From the NCBI GenBank assembly GCA_965199955.1, contig CBDATQ010000003.1, positions 32,001-96,000 on the forward strand: a DNA stretch of 64,000 nt. The letters run 5' to 3'. Position 1 is the first letter of the stretch; every line of letters starts with the position of its first letter. The translations under genes and the position numbers were made by a program. The stretch is from Spirochaetia bacterium. GTDB lineage: Bacteria; Spirochaetota; Spirochaetia; SZUA-6; Bin103. This document shows, one piece after another, positions 20,922 through 30,409 of this stretch. The notes under the pieces were generated by a model, which was not told the DNA's origin, did not search any database, and saw only the letters and a list, made by a program, of their open reading frames with translations.

Positions 20922-22198
20922 ATGAGACCCAGATATTTCGACGTCCTGACGTACGGCAAGGACTACTCCGAGGTGCCGCGGATCCAACCCTGGCGCACCA
21001 TCCGGGTCGATCCGGACCGCGCGGGGCAGTGGATCGTCGCCGGCGACCTGGACGGCGACGGCGAGGTGGAGCTGGTGAGCGCGCGCAACAACCCGGACCG
21101 CCCGTCGCAGGAGGTGGTGTCGGTCATCACCCACAAGCTCGACGGCACGGTGCTGTGGGAGTGGGGCGAGCCGGCCGCCGGGGTGGCGCGCCTGGGATAC
21201 GACGTGGCCTGCCAGGTCCACGACTGGGACGGCGACGGCAGCCTGGAGGTGGTCGTGGTCGGCGCTCGCGAGATCGTGGAGCTCGATGGCGCCACGGGAG
21301 CCGAGAAGCGCCGCCTGCCGGTCCCGGAGGATGCCGCCGACTGCCTCACCTTCGTGAACCTGTCCGGCGCCGAGCGCGCGACCGACGTGCTGATCAAGAC
21401 GCGCTACGAGCAGATCTGGGCGTTGGATCGCGAGGGGCGCGAGCTGTGGAACGTGCGCCATCCGGTCGGGCGCCTGACCGCCCACCAGGTGTTTCCGGTG
21501 GACCTGGACGGCGACGGCCGCGACGAGTTGATCGTCGGCTACGCGATGCTGAACCCGGACGGCTCGATGCGCTGGGAGATGGAGGCGGCCGAGGGGTTGC
21601 CGCTGGGCATCGGCTGCCACGTGGACTGCGCGCGGGTGCTGCGCCGGGGCGAAACGGCCGCGGACTGGCGCTTCGTGGTGACCTGCTGCGCCAACGAGCG
21701 GATGGCGTCCGTCGACGGCACCGGCCGCACCGTGTGGGCCCTGGACAACCGCCACTACGAATCGGTCGACGTGTGCTCGATCTATCCCGAGCTGCCGGGC
21801 AAACAGATCGTCGTGGATGTCGCCAAGCACGAGGAGGTGGTGGCGCCCATCCACGTGCTCGACGAGGACGGCGCGCTGCTCGGGAAGCTGTTCACCTGGA
21901 ACTCGCGCTTCCATTTCCCCATCGACTGGGACGGCAGTGGCCGCGACCTGTTCGTGGTGGGCGGCGAGCACGCCCTGTTCGACGGGGGCGGCGACAAGGT
22001 CGCCATCTTCGACACCCCGGGGTCGACAATCCGAGCGGCCTGATCTGCGGGCGCGGCGACCTGACCGGGAACGGCGCGCCCGACGTGATGATCAGTGCCG
22101 ACCACGGCGGCACGATCTTCCTGTATCGCAACGAGCACGGAGCCATGTCGGCCCCCGGGCTGCCCGAGATCACGGAGGTCAACTATACGCTCTATTGA
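20922..22198 (+). CDS. FG-GAP/DxDxDG-repeat beta-propeller protein (rhamnogalacturonan lyase-like); frameshifted near 22015-22022
   Basis: GDLDGDGEVE, DWDGDGSLE, DLDGDGRDEL, GCHVD; C-terminus GDLTGNGAPDV...NYTLY lies in another frame after a CCCCGGGG run. Confidence 0.7.
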
Positions 22199-23999
22199 AG
22201 CCACCCGGATCAGCGCGCCGCCGGACTGGGCGGTACGCCAGCGCCGGCTGATCGAGGTGATGGAGCAGGCCGCGCCGGTGTACCAGCAGCGCTATACGCG
22301 GGCCGACGGCAGCTTCGTCTGGAGATCGCGCTGGCCGGGGATGGACGGCTCCGACGACGGCTACGAGAGCTATCACAACTGGCCGCTGCTGTACGTCCTG
22401 GGCGGCGCCGCGGAACTGCACGAGCGCAGCCGCTTCCTGTGGGAGGCGGTGACCCGCCAGTTCACGGGCTACGGCCAGATCCATCGCGAGTTCGACGCCT
22501 ACTACGACTGGATGCACCACGGCGAGTCGTCCCTGTACCTGTACTACTTCGGGCTCGCCGACCCGCTGCGGCAGCCGGACCGCGCGCGGGCGCTGCGCTT
22601 CGCCGGCATGTACCTGGGAACCGACCCGGAGGCCGAAAACTGGGACGCCGGGCGGCGCATGATCCGCTCGCCCATCACCGGCAGCCGGGGACCGCGCTTC
22701 GAGAACACGTTCGAGGACTGGGAGGCGGTGCGCTGGGTGCTGGCCGACTACCCGGTGCCGTTCGACGACCTGGACGTACCCACCCGCGACGCCGAATGGG
22801 AGCCGGGCGAAGTGGTGGCCAAAGCCGACTGGAACGACGACGCCGTGTTCGCCGTGATCCTGGATGCGCTGAACCGACGCCAGATGCGCTGCGACGTGCC
22901 GCTCAACCTGACCTGCACCAGCCTGATCACGCACGCGTTCCTGCTCACCGGAGAGGAACGCTACCGGCGCTGGGTGCTGGACTACCTGGAGGCCTGGGCG
23001 GACCGCATCGCCGCCAACGGCGGGCTGTGCCCGGACAACGTCGGCCCCGGCGGCACGGTCGGCGAGACCATGGACGGCAAGTGGTGGGGAGGCTACTACG
23101 GATGGGCGTGGCCGCATGGCAGCCGCACCATCATCGAGCCGCTGCTGATCGCGGCGATGAACGCGCTGCTCTTGACCGGCGACGCCGGCTACCTGGAGAT
23201 CCCCCGCGGCCAACTCGCCCGCCTGATCGAGATGGGACGCAGCGAGGGCGGCCGGCTTCTGGTACCGCACCGGCACACCGACACCGGCTGGACCTCCTGG
23301 CGGACGCTGGAACCGCACACCGTAGGCCAGCTCTGGTACCTGTCACAGGCGCAGGCCGACCGCGACGTGATCGACTCGCTGCCGGAGAGCCGGAGCGAAT
23401 GGACGGCGCTGGCCGAGGGCCGCGGCAAGGGGGACGACGTCCACTTCGGCCCCTGGTTCTGCTACCTGGACGGTCGCCTGCCCGACTACCCGCGGCGCCT
23501 GCTGGACGTGCAGCACCGGGAGGTGGTGCGGCGCATGGACCTGCTGCGCGACGACGACGGCGACCCCGAGGAGTGGGACGTCCACCACTGGCAGGACATC
23601 AACCCCGTGCACACCGAGGCGCTGCTGCAGCAGACCTGCGGCGGCCCCCAGGTGATCTACCACGGCGGCCTGCTGCACGTGCGGGTGCGCCACTTCGATG
23701 CCGACACCGGGCGTCCGGGGCTTCCTCCGGAGGTGGCCGTCCTGGTGTCGGCTCTGGACGGCGACGGCATCACGCTGGAACTGGTCAACCTCGGCGCCGT
23801 GCATGCGCGCACGGCGCTGCTGCAGGCGGGCGCATTCGGCGAGCACCGCTTCACGACCGCGCGCGATCTCGAGTCGGGGAGCACGGCCGACATCAACGAC
23901 CGCCACTTGGAAGTGGTGCTGCCGCCGGGACGGGCGTTGCGCCTGCGGCTGGGCATGCAGCGCTTCTGCCACGCCCCCAGCTACCGGCAGCCGGTATAG
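22185..23999 (+). CDS. Conserved hypothetical Trp/Tyr-rich protein, possibly an (alpha/alpha)-barrel glycosidase/lyase; probable ATA start
   Basis: About 600-aa ORF with host-like codon usage; GSDDGYES, YDWMHHGE, GKWWGGYYGW, QAGAFGEH. Confidence 0.75.
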   Translation: MRSIEATRISAPPDWAVRQRRLIEVMEQAAPVYQQRYTRADGSFVWRSRWPGMDGSDDGYESYHNWPLLYVLGGAAELHERSRFLWEAVTRQFTGYGQIHREFDAYYDWMHHGESSLYLYYFGLADPLRQPDRARALRFAGMYLGTDPEAENWDAGRRMIRSPITGSRGPRFENTFEDWEAVRWVLADYPVPFDDLDVPTRDAEWEPGEVVAKADWNDDAVFAVILDALNRRQMRCDVPLNLTCTSLITHAFLLTGEERYRRWVLDYLEAWADRIAANGGLCPDNVGPGGTVGETMDGKWWGGYYGWAWPHGSRTIIEPLLIAAMNALLLTGDAGYLEIPRGQLARLIEMGRSEGGRLLVPHRHTDTGWTSWRTLEPHTVGQLWYLSQAQADRDVIDSLPESRSEWTALAEGRGKGDDVHFGPWFCYLDGRLPDYPRRLLDVQHREVVRRMDLLRDDDGDPEEWDVHHWQDINPVHTEALLQQTCGGPQVIYHGGLLHVRVRHFDADTGRPGLPPEVAVLVSALDGDGITLELVNLGAVHARTALLQAGAFGEHRFTTARDLESGSTADINDRHLEVVLPPGRALRLRLGMQRFCHAPSYRQPV

Positions 24000-24059
24000 G
24001 GCCGGGGACGCCCGTGTGGCGGGCGCCCCCAGGCTACGTCGTTCAGGCGCCGGCTACCC

Positions 24060-26006
24060 CTACCCGTTCAGGAACCACTGCGCCGGCTGCGACACCTTGA
24101 ACCAGCTCAGGTCGTCGGAGAAGATCGCGGTCTCCAGCACGTTCTCCAGCCGGTTGCTGACGATCACCGGCGCCACCGGCCACGCGACCGTGCCGATGAC
24201 CGGCAGGGTGTCCGAGAAGAACTGCCAGACCTCGGCGCGATAGCGCCGGTAGTCCTCGTCGCTCACCGCCTCCAGCGAGTTGATGTACGACTCGTAGTAG
24301 CCCTTGACGTCGTCCGGGGGCTCCTCGCCGGCCGGGGGCTCGGGACCGATCCTGCCGCCCTGGTCCCAGGTGTTCCACTGGAACCACTCGCCCCACTTCT
24401 GCCCCCACACACTGGAGGTGATGTCGAACGGCGTGGAGTTGGGGATGTAGGAGCGCAGCTCCAGCATGCGGTCGATGCGCGACACGCGCACGTCGAAGTC
24501 GTTGGCCTGTATCCGCTGGCTGATCAATTCGCCAGACACCGTCTTCAGGTCGACCCGGACGCCCACCGCTTCCCAGTAGTCGCGGATCAGCTCCGCGGAG
24601 TCGCTGTTGGTCTCGTCCACGTCCATGTTGATCTGCAGAACCTCGCCGTCGGCCATCGTCCGGTAGCCGTCGTCGTTCGTGCCAAGGCCCATCTCGTCGA
24701 GCAGCGCGCGGGCGCCGTCAGGGTCGTGCTCGGCGAAGTTCGTCGCCCACGCCGGATCGTAGAACGACGCGCCATAGTGGATCGTCGCCTGCTGCGGCAC
24801 CCCCATGCCCAGGAACAGGAACTCGTTCATCTCCTCGCGGTTCAGCGCCAGCGACATGGCCCGGCGGAACCTGACGTCGCCGAACACGGCCCGCTTGGCC
24901 GGGTCGTCGTGGTTCTGGTTGAAGGTCAGTCCCGGGTCCGCAGCGTAGATCCGCTGCCAGTTGCGCAGCTCGTAGTCGCCCTGCGCTTCGCCTCTCTTGT
25001 AGAGCTGCATCTCCGACTGCTTGAGCAGCCGGCCGGCGACGTCGGACTTGCCCTGCAGGGCGTCGAGAATCGTCACCTGCTGATCGCTGACGATATTGAC
25101 CACCACGCGATCGATGTACGGGAGCTGATTTCCGGCCGTGTCCACCACGTGGTAGTAGGGATTCCTGGCGAACGTCTTCTTCAGTTGCACGTCGGTCTCC
25201 ATGACCCACGTGCCGAGGGTCGGGACCTTCTTCAGCGCGTCCACGTTGGGAAACACGTTCAGCTCCTTCGAGTGGGCGTCGACCCAGTTCTCGTGACCGA
25301 GCTCCTTGGCCAGCTCGTCGGCCTTGGGGTTGTGGTCGATGTGGAACTGCTTGGCGAAGTGGCTGGGCATCATGAAGAAGCTCGGCAACGTGTACCAGTG
25401 GTTGATCATCGACAGCACCGGGCGATAGGGGATGGCCATCTTGATGCGGAACGCGTAGTCGTCGAGCTTCTCGAAGGTCGCCAGCTCGCCGCCGATGGTC
25501 CACACGAAGCGTACCCAGTGGTTGATCTCGTCGTTGAGCATGACGTCGTTGTAGAAGTACATGACGTCGTCCGCGGTGAGCGGCGCGCCGTCCGACCACT
25601 TCATGCCTTCGCGCAGGTAGATGGTCAGCTCGGTGCCGTCCTCCGAGAGCTCGTAGCCCTTGGCGATGTCGGGAATGACGGCCGAACAGCTTGGGTCGGT
25701 GGTGAACAGGTAGGAGAGCCGGACGTGGCCCAGATCCGACCAGCCCCCGGTGTTGGAGGCGCTGATGGTGCCCCCGTAGGTGCCGATCTCGTTGAGCGGC
25801 TCCAGCACCAGCGGATCGTCGGGCAGCCGCTCGGCCACCGGCGGCAGATCGCCCGATGCCACCAGCGCGGCCAGCATCGGCGCCTCGTTGAAGCTGGTGA
25901 TGCCGAGTTGCGACGCGGTGCGCGCCTCCAGCCAGGTCGTCGGGATGGCGGCCGCGTACGCGACGGAGACGAGGCACAGACCGAGTGCCAACGGAATTCT
26001 CTTCAT
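24060..26006 (-). CDS. ABC transporter substrate-binding protein, family 5 (DppA/OppA-like)
   Basis: Signal peptide, EAPMLA..LPPVAERLP, LREGMKWSDG.PLTADD, RNPYY..DTAGNQLPYID. Confidence 0.93.
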   Translation of the reverse strand: MKRIPLALGLCLVSVAYAAAIPTTWLEARTASQLGITSFNEAPMLAALVASGDLPPVAERLPDDPLVLEPLNEIGTYGGTISASNTGGWSDLGHVRLSYLFTTDPSCSAVIPDIAKGYELSEDGTELTIYLREGMKWSDGAPLTADDVMYFYNDVMLNDEINHWVRFVWTIGGELATFEKLDDYAFRIKMAIPYRPVLSMINHWYTLPSFFMMPSHFAKQFHIDHNPKADELAKELGHENWVDAHSKELNVFPNVDALKKVPTLGTWVMETDVQLKKTFARNPYYHVVDTAGNQLPYIDRVVVNIVSDQQVTILDALQGKSDVAGRLLKQSEMQLYKRGEAQGDYELRNWQRIYAADPGLTFNQNHDDPAKRAVFGDVRFRRAMSLALNREEMNEFLFLGMGVPQQATIHYGASFYDPAWATNFAEHDPDGARALLDEMGLGTNDDGYRTMADGEVLQINMDVDETNSDSAELIRDYWEAVGVRVDLKTVSGELISQRIQANDFDVRVSRIDRMLELRSYIPNSTPFDITSSVWGQKWGEWFQWNTWDQGGRIGPEPPAGEEPPDDVKGYYESYINSLEAVSDEDYRRYRAEVWQFFSDTLPVIGTVAWPVAPVIVSNRLENVLETAIFSDDLSWFKVSQPAQWFLNG

Positions 26007-26199
26007 GAGTTCCTCCTGAACAGCGACAGGTATGCTTGGGTGTCGTTGGGGTCTTCCGGCGAGTAGCCGGCGCCCGGACGGTCGTCAACGCGTCGCCGAC
26101 GGCGCGACCGGCAGGGTCGCGGCGGCGATGAGCGGATGACACGCCGCGGCGCCGTCGCTATGATCTTCGCAATCAGCGCGGCGGCCGAGCGCTCGTGTA

Positions 26200-27181
26200 A
26201 TGCTGCAATATACCGTCCGGCGAATCCTTCTGATGATCCTCACCTTGTGGATCATATCGATCATCAGCTTCGTCGTGATTCAGCTTCCTCCCGGCGACTA
26301 TCTGACCACGCTCGCCATCAACCTTGAGGAGAGCGGCTCCGGTCGAAGAGGCGATGCTGGAGCGCTACCGCACCAGATTCGGGCTCGACAAGACGATGTT
26401 CGAGCAGTACATCATCTGGATAACGAACTTCGTGCAGGGCGACATGGGGTACTCCTTCGAGTGGAGAGCCAACGTCAATACCCTCATATGGGAGCGGCTG
26501 CTGCTCACCATAGCGCTGAGCACGTCCTCGCTGATCCTGACCTGGATGATCTCGCTTCCGATCGGCGTCTACTCCGCGCTGAGGCAGCATTCGCTCGGCG
26601 ACTACGCGTTTACCATCCTCGGCCTGATGGGCATTTCCGTGCCGAGCTTCATGCTGGCGCTGGTGTTGATGTACGTCGCGTTCAACACGTTCGGCCTGGA
26701 TGTCGGCAGACTGTTCTCTCCGGAATACGAAGACGCCTCCTGGAGCTTCGGCAAGGTGCTGGACCTGCTCAAGCATATCTGGCTGCCGGGCTTCATCATC
26801 GCCATCTCCGGCACCGCCGGCCTGATCCGCACCCTGCGCGCCAACCTGCTGGACGAGCTCAAGAAGCCGTACATGATCACCGCGCGTTCCAAGGGAGTCG
26901 CCTATCGCAAGGTGGTCATGAAGTATCCCATGCGGATTGCCATGAACCCGTTCATCAGCTCGTTCGCCTATATCCTGCCCGGCCTGATCTCCTTCTCGGC
27001 GATCATCTCCGTGGTGATGAACATGCCCACCACCGGCCCGCTGCTGCTCGGTGCGCTGCAGACCCAGGACATGTATCTTGCCGGCAGCTTCATCATGCTG
27101 CTCAGCGCGCTGACCGTGATCGGCACCTTCTTCTCCGACCTGCTGCTGGCGGCGGTCGATCCAAGGGTACGGTTCTTCTAA
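26200..27181 (+). CDS. ABC permease DppB-like; frameshifted near 26335-26345
   Basis: MLQYTVRRIL..QLPPGDY in one frame; GDMGYSF, YMITARSKG, QDMYLAG in another. Confidence 0.85.
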
Positions 27182-27182
27182 G

Positions 27183-28328
27183 GTGCTGTCAGCGTTCAAG
27201 GCGGGTCGCGGCAAGCAGGCCGAGGAGACCCGGGAGCTCGACGACCTGTACACGTCGTCGCAGTGGAAGTTGATCGTCATCCGCTTCCGCAAGCACAAGC
27301 CGGCGGTAGTATCCCTGTTCGTCCTGGCGGTGTGCTACCTGCTCGCGCTGCTGGCTCCGTTCTTCGCCGTGCACGATCCCAACGAAAAGAACGCCGACTA
27401 TCGGGAGGCGCCGCCGCAGGGGATCAGCTTCGTCAACCACTCCGGAAAATTCTCACTATTTCCGGTAATCTATCCCTATCGCAAGGCGATGAACCCGGAA
27501 ACATTCGAGGTGGAGTTCAGCGAAATCGTCGAAGAAGAGACCAGGCTGGTGCCCTTCGCGAAGGGATTCGAGTACCGGCTCTTCGGGCTCACGCTGGACC
27601 GTCATTTCTTCGGACCCGAACGCCCCGGCGTGCCGTTTCACCTCCTAGGATGCGACCGCCTGGGCCGCGACCTGTACAGCCGCATCCTGTACGGCAGCAG
27701 AATCTCGCTCTCCATCGGACTGTTCGGCGTTGCCATCAGCTTCTTTCTGGGGATCCTGATCGGCGGCATCGCCGGGTATCTGGGAGGCTTCGTCGACAAC
27801 ATCGTGCAGCGCGCCATCGAGATTCTGCTGTCGATTCCGCAACTGCCGCTGTGGATGGCGTTGAGCGCGGCGCTGCCGCGGGACTGGTCGCAGCTGCAGA
27901 ACTACCTGCTGATCACGATCATCCTGTCGATCATCGGCTGGACGGGACTGGCGCGCATCGTGCGCGGCAGGTTCCTGAGCCTGCGCACGGAGGACTTCGT
28001 CACCGCCGCCGAGCTCATGGGCCGCAACAACCTGCAGATCATCTTCATCCACATGCTGCCCTCGTTCTACAGCTACATCATCGCGTCGCTCACGCTGTCG
28101 ATCCCGGGGATGATCCTGGGCGAGACCGCACTCAGCTTCCTGGGCCTGGGTCTGCAGGCGCCGACCATCAGTTGGGGCGTGCTGCTGCGGGACGCGCAGA
28201 ACGTGTACGCCATCGCCATCACGCCGTGGATCCTGTTGCCGTGCGTGTGCGTGATCATCGTCGTGCTGGCGTTCAACCTGCTCGGCGACGGCATTCGGGA
28301 CGCCGCCGATCCCTACGGAAGCCGGTGA
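27183..28328 (+). CDS. ABC permease DppC-like
   Basis: LLGCDRLGRDLYSR, EDFVTAA, ETALSFLGLG, LLGDGIRDAADP. Confidence 0.93.
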   Translation: MLSAFKAGRGKQAEETRELDDLYTSSQWKLIVIRFRKHKPAVVSLFVLAVCYLLALLAPFFAVHDPNEKNADYREAPPQGISFVNHSGKFSLFPVIYPYRKAMNPETFEVEFSEIVEEETRLVPFAKGFEYRLFGLTLDRHFFGPERPGVPFHLLGCDRLGRDLYSRILYGSRISLSIGLFGVAISFFLGILIGGIAGYLGGFVDNIVQRAIEILLSIPQLPLWMALSAALPRDWSQLQNYLLITIILSIIGWTGLARIVRGRFLSLRTEDFVTAAELMGRNNLQIIFIHMLPSFYSYIIASLTLSIPGMILGETALSFLGLGLQAPTISWGVLLRDAQNVYAIAITPWILLPCVCVIIVVLAFNLLGDGIRDAADPYGSR

Positions 28329-29332
28329 TGCAGCCGGGCAACATCCTGGAGGTGGACGACCTCACGGTCGAGTTCCACGGCGACGAAGGGATCGCCAAGG
28401 CGGTCAACGGCGTCTCCTTCGCGGTTCGCGAGGGACAGTCGGTCGGCCTGGTCGGCGAGAGCGGTTGCGGCAAGTCCGTGTCGGCGTACTCGATCCTGCG
28501 CCTGCTGGCCGACACCGCGCGCATCACCAGCGGCGCGATCCGCTACCGGCAACGCGACGGCGCCGTGACCGACCTCACCACGCTGGATCCGGACGGCGAT
28601 CACATCCGCCGCCTGCGCGGCGCCGACATCTCGATGATCTTCCAGGAGCCGATGACCGCCTTCAGCCCCGTGCACACCATCAACAACCAGATTTCCGAGC
28701 TGCTGATGCTGCACACCGGCATCGACAAGGAGGAGGCCAGGGCCAGGACCATCGAGTTGCTGCGCCGCACCGGCATCCCCGACCCCGGGCAACGGGTGGA
28801 CGACTACACCTTTCAGTTGAGCGGGGGGATGCGGCAGCGCGCCATGATCGCCCTGGGGATCGCCTGCGGGCCGCGCATCCTGATCGCGGACGAGCCGACC
28901 ACGGCGCTCGACGTGACCATCCAGGCGCAGGTGCTGAAGATGATCCAGGAGATGCAGCGGGAGCTGGGACTGTCGCTGATCCTGATCACCCACGACCTGG
29001 CCGTCATCTCCAAGATGGTCGAGCACGTCTACGTCATGTACCTGGGCAGGGTGGTGGAAGACGCGCCGGTGCGGGAACTGTTCCGCAACCCCCGCCACCC
29101 CTATACCCGCAACCTGATGAAGTCGGTGCCGCGCATGAGCCAGCAGGGAGAGCGGCTGCACACCATCGAGGGAGCGGTGCCCACGACCTACCTGCTGCCC
29201 ACGGGATGTCCCTTCCACCCGCGCTGCGAGGAGGCGATCGCCGGCACCTGCGAGGTGTCCCATCCGCCGGTGGTGAAGATCGGCGAGGGCCACGTGGCCA
29301 CCTGCCACAACATCCCGGTACCGGCGCCGTGA
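28328..29332 (+). CDS. ABC ATP-binding protein DppD-like
   Basis: GESGCGKS, LSGGMRQR, ADEPTTALD, C-terminal GCPFHPRC. Confidence 0.94.
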   Translation: MQPGNILEVDDLTVEFHGDEGIAKAVNGVSFAVREGQSVGLVGESGCGKSVSAYSILRLLADTARITSGAIRYRQRDGAVTDLTTLDPDGDHIRRLRGADISMIFQEPMTAFSPVHTINNQISELLMLHTGIDKEEARARTIELLRRTGIPDPGQRVDDYTFQLSGGMRQRAMIALGIACGPRILIADEPTTALDVTIQAQVLKMIQEMQRELGLSLILITHDLAVISKMVEHVYVMYLGRVVEDAPVRELFRNPRHPYTRNLMKSVPRMSQQGERLHTIEGAVPTTYLLPTGCPFHPRCEEAIAGTCEVSHPPVVKIGEGHVATCHNIPVPAP

Positions 29333-30348
29333 GTGAAACCCTGCTGCAGGTCCGCAACCTCAGGAAGTACTTCCCGGTGGAACGCGGCTTTCTGAGGCGG
29401 GGCGACGACTTCATCCGCGCGGTGGACGACATCTCGTTCGACGTCGTACGCGGCACCGTCCTGGGACTTATCGGCGAGAGCGGATGCGGCAAGACCACGA
29501 CCGTGAAGACGATCATGCGGGCCACACCACCCACTTCAGGAAGCATCGAGTACACCACGCAGGACAACCGATCGGTGGATCTGGCGCAGTTGACGAAGAA
29601 GGAGCTGAAACCGCTGCGGAAGGAGATCCAGATGATCTTCCAGGATCCGTTCAGCTCGCTGAATCCGCGCATGACCGCGCTCGACATCGTCGCCGAGCCG
29701 CTCAAGGTGCTGAAGTGGCGGAAGCCGGACTACCGGCGCCGGGTCGAGGAGCTGATGGATCTGGTGGGGCTCGATCCGCGCTTCCTGTCGCGTTATCCGC
29801 ACGCGTTCTCGGGCGGCCAGCGGCAGCGGCTGGGGATCGCGCGGGCGCTCGCCTCCTCGCCCTCGCTGCTGTTCGCGGACGAGCCGGTGTCGGCGCTCGA
29901 CGTCTCCGTGCAGGCGCAGATCCTCAACCTGCTGCTCGACATCCAGGCCCGCATGGGGTTGACGGTGGTCATCATCGCCCACGATCTGGGCGTGGTGCGC
30001 TACATCTGCAGGGAAGTGGCGATCATGTACCTGGGCAAGATCGTCGAGCAGGGCGACACCAGGGAGATCTACACCCACCCCAGGCATCCCTATACCGCCG
30101 GCCTGCTGGCGGCCAGCCCGGACACCGATCCTGACACCCCCTGGGCCGAGGACCTGCTCACCGGCGACGTGCCGAGCCCGATCGGCGAACGCCCGGGATG
30201 CGTGTTCGCCTCCCGCTGCGCGCACGCCGAGGAGCGCTGCAGCCGCGAGGTTCCCGAGCTGGCGCCGGTTGCGGGCGGCGACCGCGCGGGGGCCGGCCGC
30301 GCGGTCGCCTGCTGGCGCGCCGACGAGCTGCGACTGCGCGGCATCTGA
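29329..30348 (+). CDS. ABC ATP-binding protein DppF-like
   Basis: GESGCGKT, FSGGQRQR, DEPVSALD, GCVFASRC. Confidence 0.94.
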   Translation: MSETLLQVRNLRKYFPVERGFLRRGDDFIRAVDDISFDVVRGTVLGLIGESGCGKTTTVKTIMRATPPTSGSIEYTTQDNRSVDLAQLTKKELKPLRKEIQMIFQDPFSSLNPRMTALDIVAEPLKVLKWRKPDYRRRVEELMDLVGLDPRFLSRYPHAFSGGQRQRLGIARALASSPSLLFADEPVSALDVSVQAQILNLLLDIQARMGLTVVIIAHDLGVVRYICREVAIMYLGKIVEQGDTREIYTHPRHPYTAGLLAASPDTDPDTPWAEDLLTGDVPSPIGERPGCVFASRCAHAEERCSREVPELAPVAGGDRAGAGRAVACWRADELRLRGI

Positions 30349-30409
30349 GCGCGGATCGAGGTGGACGGCACCGGGCCAGCCCGTGTCCGTCAAGGGAGGG
30401 GATGGGCCG

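Noticed and set aside
22041..22043. TGA as selenocysteine or readthrough
   Set aside because: The missing C-terminus is in a different frame, so a frameshift explains it
27263..29328. Long N-terminal extensions of the DppD/DppF-like ORFs
   Set aside because: Off-frame overlaps with upstream genes; coupled starts at 28328 and 29329 fit better
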